From: Acidobacteriota bacterium
GTDB lineage: Bacteria; Acidobacteriota; UBA6911
Direction of reading: 5' to 3'
Assembly: GCA_041501225.1 (NCBI GenBank)
Contig: JBGQNR010000005.1
Coordinates: forward strand, 3,661-67,660
Length of the DNA: 64,000 bases
Under the pieces are notes generated by a model. The model saw only the letters and a list, made by a program, of their open reading frames with translations. It did not search any database and was not told the origin of the DNA. The position numbers were made by a program, and so were the translations under genes. How positions within the stretch are numbered: the stretch's first letter is position 1; every line of letters begins with the position of its first letter. Shown here one piece after another: positions 53,476-61,142 of this stretch.

Positions 53476-56301
53476 TCAATGGCTTCCAGCCCCTCTTAGC
53501 CCGATCCCTGGGCGACAAGAGAGGCGGTGGTTGATTCGCAATGCTATCTCCCAAAGCAGGAGAAACGCCGCGACGACGGCCAGAAACTCGGAGGCTTTGA
53601 CCATCCTGGGGATCGGCGCGGCGAAAAGCGCCGTAAGTCCGACGTGGGCCAGATGAGCGAGGATCATGACCGCTGCGGCATAGCCGCACCGCCCACGCAG
53701 CCAAAGCGCAGCGAGGAAGCAAAGACCATAGAGAAAATACGGATCGAGGAAACCACAACGGAACCTGGCTCCGCTAGGCTGGGTAAGCCCCAATACCCAG
53801 AACCTGATGCCAAAACTCAGATAATCCAGCCGCCGGGTGGCCAGGATTGGAGTGGCAATCTTCATCAAGAATTCGGCCGGCTTCGGGTGGCCGGCGATCA
53901 TGGGCAGCGCCACCTTATATAGATTGTTGTTGATGTAGTACACGTACCGGCAGTATTCATCCCCTTTACACATCTCATCTACGCTCCGGTGCTCCATCTC
54001 TCGGCGTGCGAGCGCAGACTGCAACCATTGACGCGACTCCTCATCCGGCATCAACCCGACATCCTGCGGCTGAGCGACCTGCAGGGCATAGGTGATACGG
54101 TACTGGTACTGAAGATTCTCCTGGGCCGCCCCTAATTGGCCGGTCTTGATCATGCCGTAAATATCCGGGATGGTTGCCAACGCGATCAGCGGCAGGATGG
54201 AGAGCAGGGCCCAGCGCCAGTAGGTTCTCCAATTGACAAACAACGCCCAAAGAATCATGGCGACCAGAAACAGGAACGTATAACCGGCGGCCTGGCGAGT
54301 AAGATAAATGGCGCCGCACAGCAGACCGGCGAGGGGCAGCATGCTCTTCCGTGCATTCCAAAGGAACAGGAGGAATACGGACATCAGAAGCAACACCAGG
54401 GTCTGCACCAGGTCTTCGGTCAGGATCAGATTCAATTCCTGTGCGGTAAAGAAAAGAAAGTCATATAAAAAAAGGAAGAGAATCGCGGGGAGAGGTGACC
54501 TCAGAAGGGTCATCAAGAACCAGCAGCTGACGAGGCCTGCCGCGAGCAACAAAAAAATCTGCACGCGTCCCACCCGAAGCAAGGGATCGCCAGGGTCGGT
54601 AATCGCGATATTCACCGGATGGACCTTGGCCCACGCCGCGGGATCAAAACCGCTCCCGAGCGTGACCAGCTTGATGAACCATGGGTACAAAGGCTGCCGT
54701 GGAGAACCCACATAATACCCGAAATAGTAACTTGCAGAATCGGGTGCCGTGCAACAGGCGTCCCACGCGGAAAGGGGCGCCTCCGTGCGACACCACTGCG
54801 CTGGGTTCGGGGCGACGGCGGTCAGAAGATAGTAGGCGACAACGAGCGCAGCAAAATGAGGTGCAAGGTACTTCTTCGGACAGAGTGCCCCGAATTTTTT
54901 TCGCAACAGCCATGCCAGCAGTACATTCAGCGGGACGATAACCCGCCAAAGAGTTCCATGCAGCAAGGACAGGGAAGAGAAGGCACGGGATAAAGCGATG
55001 ACGACTATCGGAAATGCTGCGCACAACACGACCGCCCATACCACTTTGGGAGTCCATAGGGACTCTAGCGAAATCCGTCGCTTCCTCATCAGCAAAACTG
55101 TAGAGGAGGTCGCCAAACCACAAAACAAAACCGTCAGAGCGTACAGGACATAAGCGGGCAGCCTGCCTACCATGCGCGGGTAACGCATCTCATACCGACG
55201 ACCGTTCATCCGAGGGTCGGCATTATCCGAGGCCGAAAAATAAACACACTCGTGCCAGAACGAATAGCGCCCTTTTCCGAGGGTACGAATGTCGTCGTGC
55301 AAGGCATTGGCCGGGCCTGCCAGGGGTGTGCCGTCCTCCAATAATTGTGCCGGGGAGGGGCCCTTGTGGGAACTCAACAGGGGATCATGGGTAGGAGCCA
55401 TGTAGGCGAAGCCATGTTCCGCCTGGATGCCGGCGATGACGCCCGAACCCCAATAGGGAGTCAATCTCCCCAAGCGATTCAGATAAATCAGGAGGGATAA
55501 ACTCAACAGAAGCAAAGAAGCCGGCCAAAGTATCCGCGGAGAGATTGTTACTTGCTCTGCCAATTGCAGGAATGCCTTCGGCACGAACGCCAAAATGGCT
55601 GCCACTCGGGCACGCCGATTCGCAGGGGACGCAACACGTTCGGGCCAGAGGCGGCGCAAACCCTCCCTTTTCCTCCATGCGATGCGCAGGGCGAGGAGCG
55701 CGACCCCAAAGACGGCGATGAATGTGATGCCGTACAGTATGCGAGCCGAACCATCATCCAGAGAGCGCGGGAAGGAGATTTCGTACTTTCTGCCATTGGT
55801 GCGGGGGTCCGTATTGTCGGAGGTGGCGAAATAGACGAAATCGTGCCAAAAGGAGTAGCGGCCCCGGCCCGACCTCCGTATGTCGTCATGCAGAGAATTC
55901 CCGCCTCCCGGCAGAGGGGACCCGTTCTCGAGGATTCGGGCCGGGGAAGGTCTCTCATGCGAACTCAATTCCGGCAAATGCGTGGGCGCCACATAGGCGA
56001 AACCGCGCTCCGGCTGAAAGCTATCCAATGTGGTCTGTTTCCACAGAACGGTCAACTTTCCCACGTGGCTCTCATACACCACGTAGGATGTCGTGCTTAA
56101 GAGGGCCACCAACAATACGTAACCCACGAACAGTGCCGTCCGCCAACGCTTCCCAATTACCAATGCAACCTCATTCTTGATTCCGAATCGACGGCATGGC
56201 CTACTTCCATGCAGCACAGCTGCCAAATCCGTGCCGGGAAGTGCCTCAGGCAGGGCCTGCCCCTGAGACGCCGGTGCCAGGTATTTATGGAACAGAACCA
56301 A
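53476..56301 (-). CDS. large polytopic membrane protein carrying two recurrent modules (A-type); possible GT-C-like enzyme
   Basis: 941-aa ORF. One TM precedes module 1, 2-3 TMs separate the two modules, and 12 or more hydrophobic segments follow module 2. There is no ATG near the 5' end: the track start is TTG, and a TTG at 56163 with gagg upstream is an alternative. Confidence 0.75.
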   Translation of the reverse strand: MVLFHKYLAPASQGQALPEALPGTDLAAVLHGSRPCRRFGIKNEVALVIGKRWRTALFVGYVLLVALLSTTSYVVYESHVGKLTVLWKQTTLDSFQPERGFAYVAPTHLPELSSHERPSPARILENGSPLPGGGNSLHDDIRRSGRGRYSFWHDFVYFATSDNTDPRTNGRKYEISFPRSLDDGSARILYGITFIAVFGVALLALRIAWRKREGLRRLWPERVASPANRRARVAAILAFVPKAFLQLAEQVTISPRILWPASLLLLSLSLLIYLNRLGRLTPYWGSGVIAGIQAEHGFAYMAPTHDPLLSSHKGPSPAQLLEDGTPLAGPANALHDDIRTLGKGRYSFWHECVYFSASDNADPRMNGRRYEMRYPRMVGRLPAYVLYALTVLFCGLATSSTVLLMRKRRISLESLWTPKVVWAVVLCAAFPIVVIALSRAFSSLSLLHGTLWRVIVPLNVLLAWLLRKKFGALCPKKYLAPHFAALVVAYYLLTAVAPNPAQWCRTEAPLSAWDACCTAPDSASYYFGYYVGSPRQPLYPWFIKLVTLGSGFDPAAWAKVHPVNIAITDPGDPLLRVGRVQIFLLLAAGLVSCWFLMTLLRSPLPAILFLFLYDFLFFTAQELNLILTEDLVQTLVLLLMSVFLLFLWNARKSMLPLAGLLCGAIYLTRQAAGYTFLFLVAMILWALFVNWRTYWRWALLSILPLIALATIPDIYGMIKTGQLGAAQENLQYQYRITYALQVAQPQDVGLMPDEESRQWLQSALARREMEHRSVDEMCKGDEYCRYVYYINNNLYKVALPMIAGHPKPAEFLMKIATPILATRRLDYLSFGIRFWVLGLTQPSGARFRCGFLDPYFLYGLCFLAALWLRGRCGYAAAVMILAHLAHVGLTALFAAPIPRMVKASEFLAVVAAFLLLWEIALRINHRLSCRPGIGLRGAGSH
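55177..55422 (-). other. recurrent ~82-aa module, A-type copy 2 of the membrane protein
   Basis: AEHGFAYMAPTHDPLLSSHKGPSPAQLLEDGTPLAGPANALHDDIRTLGKGRYSFWHECVYFSASDNADPRMNGRRYEMRYP. Confidence 0.7.
55768..56013 (-). other. recurrent ~82-aa module, A-type copy 1 of the membrane protein
   Basis: PERGFAYVAPTHLPELSSHERPSPARILENGSPLPGGGNSLHDDIRRSGRGRYSFWHDFVYFATSDNTDPRTNGRKYEISFP. Confidence 0.7.
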
Positions 56302-56435
56302 TTCTCAGAATGTTCTTTGAATGTTCAAGAAATAAACATCACTCCGCCTGAAAGCCAGACTTATTTGTCCCCATATCTCCGGATTTGCCGTCGTGACAGA
56401 ATGGAAATCCCAGTTAGAGGCATGTTTTCCATCGT

Positions 56436-57647
56436 TTACGGCCGTTCCACGGTAAACCGACCGCCGATATGTTTCAGATGTGCGGGATCCAGGTTCTGGT
56501 ATCTAGAACCGTTAGCTTGGCGAAGCCGTGGTATAAAATCGGACAAGTACGCGTCGTCGGCAGTACAACTTGATGTGAATTCACGTACACGGAATCCCGC
56601 GAGCTGAAACATCTCATGATAATCCGAAGGGCGATATCGATTGCCGCATTCGCCATGTTTCTCGATAAACTGCTTGGCGAATTCCTGATCGCCCATAAGC
56701 AAAAACTCGAGGGGTTTGGAGAAATCATTGTGATCGCGAAAATCTACTTGATGATAGCCTAGGGCGGCGCGCTTAGAAACGCGCGCCATTTGACGAAATG
56801 CGGAGAGTGGATCAAACAAATGCTCCAGTACCGCAATGGAAAATATGATGTCCATAGTCGCATCAGGTATGCCTTCAAGTTTCTCCAATGACGTGGCGAA
56901 GCACTGAATGCTCAGGGGATCATACCCTTTTTGTCCCAGAATTTTATCTAGCGGGGCCAGATCGACTGATGAAAACGTAGCCCTAATCCGCTCGCGAAGA
57001 AGTGAGTAGAATCTTGGATGATAGGCCTCGTCCCAAGGCGCCAGAAAGCGGTCGCTCACCGTCACGTGGGCACCCATGCATGCCATCAGGAGTGGGCTGC
57101 CGAAATTGATGCCTGGCCCAATCTCGAGCACGGTCTTCCCAACTAAGGTGCGGCTTCCTTCGGGGAGCCATCGAACTAAGTTCTGGCCTATTTCCATCGC
57201 GTATGCGACATCCTTGTCTATAGCTTCGGGAGAAAAATTGCGCATGGATAGGTTTACCGGCTTATTTTCGGTAGGAAGAGAATTGTGAGTCAGACTATTT
57301 TTCATCTCACGGGCCTTCCGGAAACACCATGCAATAGGGGTCAATAGCTTCGGCGGGAAGGCGATCTCATACCTCCGACCATTTGTGCGCGGGTCGGTAT
57401 TATCCGAAGCCGAAAAATAAACCGCATCGTGCCAAAAGGAGAATCGCCCTTCCCCAAGGTTGCGAATGTTGTCGTGCAAGTCATTTCCGGGTCCAGAAAG
57501 CGGAACACCATCTTCCAACACATGCGCCGGGGATGGCACCCGGTGTGAGCTCAATTCGGGTCGACAGGTCCCTGCAATATAGGCAAACCCCCTCTCGGGC
57601 CTGATTTCCGCCAACAGGGCATGTCGCCAAGGCCCGTATCGCTTCAT
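56436..57647 (-). CDS. recurrent module (A-type, N-terminal) fused to class I SAM-dependent methyltransferase
   Basis: Module aa 17-98, then VLEIGPGINFGSPLLMACMGAHVTVSD (motif I) and IIFSIAVLEHLFDP. Confidence 0.8.
   Translation of the reverse strand: MKRYGPWRHALLAEIRPERGFAYIAGTCRPELSSHRVPSPAHVLEDGVPLSGPGNDLHDNIRNLGEGRFSFWHDAVYFSASDNTDPRTNGRRYEIAFPPKLLTPIAWCFRKAREMKNSLTHNSLPTENKPVNLSMRNFSPEAIDKDVAYAMEIGQNLVRWLPEGSRTLVGKTVLEIGPGINFGSPLLMACMGAHVTVSDRFLAPWDEAYHPRFYSLLRERIRATFSSVDLAPLDKILGQKGYDPLSIQCFATSLEKLEGIPDATMDIIFSIAVLEHLFDPLSAFRQMARVSKRAALGYHQVDFRDHNDFSKPLEFLLMGDQEFAKQFIEKHGECGNRYRPSDYHEMFQLAGFRVREFTSSCTADDAYLSDFIPRLRQANGSRYQNLDPAHLKHIGGRFTVERP
57354..57599 (-). other. recurrent ~82-aa module, A-type copy (N-terminus of methyltransferase)
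   Basis: PERGFAYIAGTCRPELSSHRVPSPAHVLEDGVPLSGPGNDLHDNIRNLGEGRFSFWHDAVYFSASDNTDPRTNGRRYEIAFP. Confidence 0.7.
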
Positions 57648-57697
57648 GGCTTTTCTCTCAGGCTGCGCGTTAGACTGCCTCCACTCAACGGAAACAA

Positions 57698-57805
57698 CCT
57701 AGCAATGCAAAACTCTTCGTCAGACACTTTATGCATGAAGTCTCGTCGGCGAAAAACGGGTTTTGTTCGGTCTGCCTCACAAAGAGGACAGCGGATATGC
57801 TCCAT
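57698..57805 (-). pseudogene. 5' remnant of a methyltransferase paralogous to 37750..38697
   Basis: MEHIRCPLCEADRTKPVFRRRDFMHKVSDEEFCIAR versus MEYIRCPLCEADRTKLVFRRKDFMHKVSEEEFCVVR gives 30 of 36 identical by hand count. Similarity then stops. Confidence 0.7.
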
Positions 57806-57828
57806 GCCCGGCTCATGTACCTTCGAAA

Positions 57829-58533
57829 TCATGCCTGAACATCGTAGGGGCAAACAAAATCTTGGGGATTTATTTTCTGATGCGCGACCATGTACAACAC
57901 GTTCGGCACGGAAAGCTGGGCTCTCAGGTGGACGAAGATTTTTTCCCGGATATCCTCGTGTTTCAGTCCGTCAAAAGTGATGTACATTTTCGGTCGGGAC
58001 CCACCGGCCTCATCCAGCGCATCGCGCACAAAGTGAAATGCCTCGGCTAATAATCGATACCCATTCGCTTCCGCAACGCCTCTGAATATCATCGGGTTAA
58101 AATTGTAGTAACCATGCTCAAACCATGAAATCGGCGCAACATGAATGATCGTACCGCCGACGCACGTCAACTCGTGAAGATTGCGAAACGCCGTCCCAAT
58201 ATCAAAAATATGCTCTATGGTTCCTGCATCCAGGACCGTCCTGGCGGCTGCAATCCACGGCTTCGGCAGCGGCTGCCCAAAATCAAGAGCCAGATCGGCC
58301 TTCCCGTTGAGATCGCAATCGCGATAATCCGCAACGGCATAGCGGTCCAGGAACAGACTCCGCGCGGTCATTTCCCTGGCCAGATGTCTATGGCCATTTT
58401 GTGCGGCAAAATCAAGGATCTTATCCTTCGTCTCGTGAATCTCCTGAGACCCCAGGACGAAAAGCGGAGACTGGATAGCTTTTTGTGCGTAGCACAGGTC
58501 ATAAAACGGAAGATGAGAGAAACCTATTCCCAT
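57829..58533 (-). CDS. methyltransferase-like protein immediately downstream of wzt
   Basis: VLDAGTIEHIFD and GGTIIHVAPISW resemble the post-motif-I/II region of class I methyltransferases. The start codon abuts the wzt stop (TGAATG). No clear GxGxG motif was seen, so the assignment is tentative. Confidence 0.55.
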   Translation of the reverse strand: MGIGFSHLPFYDLCYAQKAIQSPLFVLGSQEIHETKDKILDFAAQNGHRHLAREMTARSLFLDRYAVADYRDCDLNGKADLALDFGQPLPKPWIAAARTVLDAGTIEHIFDIGTAFRNLHELTCVGGTIIHVAPISWFEHGYYNFNPMIFRGVAEANGYRLLAEAFHFVRDALDEAGGSRPKMYITFDGLKHEDIREKIFVHLRAQLSVPNVLYMVAHQKINPQDFVCPYDVQA

Positions 58534-60246
58534 TCACTTCTCCGGCTGAAGCCCTGCCTGGAAGTCAGCCCGGGATGATGCCAGCAGACGCTCTTCAATG
58601 GGCTGCGCATTCAAATCTACGATGGAAGTGGTAAAAATCTCATTGTTCCTGCCAACTTCAAACTGCAATCCATCATATTGGAGGTCGTACTGGACATTAT
58701 CCTCGGCATAAGGATCGGCGGCTGCAGAGGTCAGGAAGTATATCTCATTGGTGAGCCACATGGTCACCTTCATGGCGGCTTCCACAAGGTCTCCCTTATA
58801 TTGCTTCCGGATCGTGGATTTTTGAAGTCGTGTGCTCGTCCCGAACATGTCCACGCCTTTGCGGTCTCGTATCACGAAGCCGAAAACCGTTCCTTCCACA
58901 TCCTCATAATACAGCACCCGCATAAACAGGGTACAATGCGCGCCCGACGTCAATATTACGGCAGGATTTCCGTCCTCATCGAGGATTCCGGATTCAAGGA
59001 TCTCGGCCTTGCCGTTCCCCATGCGCGCCAGTCGAGGGCTGGACAATTCCATCGGTTGGGATCTCCCTAATCGGTCCAGCGCGCGTCGGCGCAGAGTCTC
59101 TCTATCCGGATCCTGGATCATCCCCGGAGATGGCTGGGAAATGGGACGTACAACCTCACGCCGAAGACTATAAACGCGGCCATTAGATCTTGGATCGCTG
59201 TTGTCGCTGGTTGAAAAGAGCAGCGCTTTTTCCCAGTGGGAATATCCTCCTCTGCCATGTTTGCGGATCAGGTCATGCGTGTAATGAGCCGGGCGCAGTG
59301 GCTTGTCATCTTCATACAGCACAAAACGGGATCGCTGCGGATTCTCTGACGAATCGCTATGTACTGCATGGCCGGTCAGGTCGATCCACCAGGCATGGCC
59401 GCCCTCATGCTTGATCTTGCCTGCATCCAGGATAATTTCGGATTCCCCCTCCAGGGCTTCTTCCACTGCAGGAGCCGTTATTGAGGTTACTCTTTTCTCT
59501 CCCGCATCGCTGGCGAAGAGCATTTTGTAATACACCTTGCTGATGCGCTGGGGCTCGCCCTGATCGGCAATCTGCCCGCCCTCTAATAGGACGGCATGGT
59601 CACAGAAGGTGCTGATGGTATTGCTGTCGTGCGAAACCAGCAGGATCGTCCGGCCGACATTTCTGAACTCTTCGATCTTGCCGAAGGACTTGCGCTGGAA
59701 TTTGGCGTCCCCGACCGACAAGGCTTCGTCGATGATCAGGATGTCGGGATCGACGCATACCGCGGTGCTGAAGGTCAACCGGGCCTGCATACCCGTGGAA
59801 TAGGTCTTGAAGGGCTGGTCAATAAAGTCCTCGAGCTCGCTGAACCGGATGATCCAATCCATTTTGTCCAGGATTTCCTCGCGGCTCAATCCGACCATAA
59901 GCCCGCCGAGGTAGATGTTTTCCCGGCCGCTGTATTCGCTGTGAAAGCCGGTGCCGAGTTCCAGAATGGAAGAAACCCGGCCCTGGACCGCAACTCCACC
60001 GGCAGTGTAATCGAGCGTTCCGGTGATAATTTTGAGCAGCGTGCTCTTCCCCGCGCCGTTGCGCCCCATGATGCCCACAACCTGCCCCCGGCCCACTTCG
60101 AGGGACACGTTTTTCAGAGCCCAGAAAGGCTTGTATCTCGGCTTGCCGGTACACAGTTCCCAGAACATGTCCGCCGGCCTGGCGTAGATCTTGAACATCT
60201 TGGAGAGACTGGAAACGCGGATCGCAATCCCGTCGGCACCATTCAT
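58534..60246 (-). CDS. wzt: O-antigen/glycan ABC exporter ATP-binding protein Wzt with inserted recurrent module (B-type) and C-terminal Wzt_C-like domain
   Basis: Walker A GRNGAGKSTLLK, signature YSTGMQARL, Walker B ILIIDEALSVGD, and H-loop LVSHD. The module is at 59155..59406, and a beta-rich Wzt_C-like region lies at ~58645..59028 (GKAEILESGILDEDGNP...SGAHCTLFMRVLY...). The ATG at 60246 overlaps the wzm stop (ATGA). Confidence 0.85.
   Translation of the reverse strand: MNGADGIAIRVSSLSKMFKIYARPADMFWELCTGKPRYKPFWALKNVSLEVGRGQVVGIMGRNGAGKSTLLKIITGTLDYTAGGVAVQGRVSSILELGTGFHSEYSGRENIYLGGLMVGLSREEILDKMDWIIRFSELEDFIDQPFKTYSTGMQARLTFSTAVCVDPDILIIDEALSVGDAKFQRKSFGKIEEFRNVGRTILLVSHDSNTISTFCDHAVLLEGGQIADQGEPQRISKVYYKMLFASDAGEKRVTSITAPAVEEALEGESEIILDAGKIKHEGGHAWWIDLTGHAVHSDSSENPQRSRFVLYEDDKPLRPAHYTHDLIRKHGRGGYSHWEKALLFSTSDNSDPRSNGRVYSLRREVVRPISQPSPGMIQDPDRETLRRRALDRLGRSQPMELSSPRLARMGNGKAEILESGILDEDGNPAVILTSGAHCTLFMRVLYYEDVEGTVFGFVIRDRKGVDMFGTSTRLQKSTIRKQYKGDLVEAAMKVTMWLTNEIYFLTSAAADPYAEDNVQYDLQYDGLQFEVGRNNEIFTTSIVDLNAQPIEERLLASSRADFQAGLQPEK
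59155..59406 (-). other. recurrent ~82-aa module, B-type copy (inside Wzt)
   Basis: EGGHAWWIDLTGHAVHSDSSENPQRSRFVLYEDDKPLRPAHYTHDLIRKHGRGGYSHWEKALLFSTSDNSDPRSNGRVYSLRRE. Confidence 0.7.
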
Positions 60247-61079
60247 AGCACGTTCCCGAACATCACCTTCATTTTGCGAAACACACGATATCCCAGGACG
60301 AAAACGAAGAGGCTCGTCCCAACGAATGCCGCCCACGACCACGGGTGAACAAACCGCCCGAAATACAGAATATCCTGATAACACCAGACCATATAGCTGA
60401 AGGGATTGACGAAGAGGACGACGCGCACGGCCGTGGGCACGGATTCGGGCAGATACAGGATCGGCAGAATGAAAAACGCGACGGAGCAAAAGACCTGGAC
60501 AAAGTCTTTCACGTCACGAAAGTAGGCGCCCACGGATGAAAGCAGATAACTTGCGCCGATCATTGCCAACGCCTGCACCAGGAAAAGCAACGGCAGCAAA
60601 GCAAAAGTCCAAAGCAATTTGTGATAGGTGAAGAGATTGTATGCGGTCAGGAGCGCCAGGAAGATGATCTGAGTCGCAAGCGTGGCGATCACACCCTTGA
60701 CCGGAAGGACCTCGATCGGAAAGATCACCTGCTTGACCAGGTTGGCGTTCGCGACAATCACCGTCCCGGATTTCGTCATGCTCTCCTGGAATGCCAGCCA
60801 TGGGATCAGGCCGGCAAGCATGTACGATGTGTAGTTGAGCGGCATATCCAAGGTGCCGCCTACGCGCGTTCGAAAAACATACGCAAATATAAAAACGTAG
60901 ATCAGGATCAGGGCGAGCGGGTGGCCGATGGCCCAGAACGTCCCGAAGAACTGGCCGGAATAGCGCTCGCCGATCTCGCGCTTCGCCAACTCCAGAGTCA
61001 GGCGGCGGTGCCGGGTGAGCAGCGCAATCAGCTCATGAAATGCCTGCAAATTGGCCTTGAGATTCAATGCCGAAACCAT
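60243..61079 (-). CDS. wzm: ABC-2 type glycan exporter permease Wzm
   Basis: ~278 aa with six hydrophobic segments (FWAIGHPLALILIYVFIF, YMLAGLIPWLAF, ...) and translational coupling to wzt. The ATG at 61079 was chosen because the upstream 64 codons of the track ORF run through MITE family B. Confidence 0.85.
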   Translation of the reverse strand: MVSALNLKANLQAFHELIALLTRHRRLTLELAKREIGERYSGQFFGTFWAIGHPLALILIYVFIFAYVFRTRVGGTLDMPLNYTSYMLAGLIPWLAFQESMTKSGTVIVANANLVKQVIFPIEVLPVKGVIATLATQIIFLALLTAYNLFTYHKLLWTFALLPLLFLVQALAMIGASYLLSSVGAYFRDVKDFVQVFCSVAFFILPILYLPESVPTAVRVVLFVNPFSYMVWCYQDILYFGRFVHPWSWAAFVGTSLFVFVLGYRVFRKMKVMFGNVL

Positions 61080-61142
61080 AGGTCGTCCGGAACGTGGAAA
61101 ATCCAATGATAAGGGAGATCGCCGGAGAACGCAAAGACTGAT

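Noticed and set aside
59596-60348. 250-aa plus-strand ORF
   Set aside because: It is antisense to the Wzt nucleotide-binding domain.
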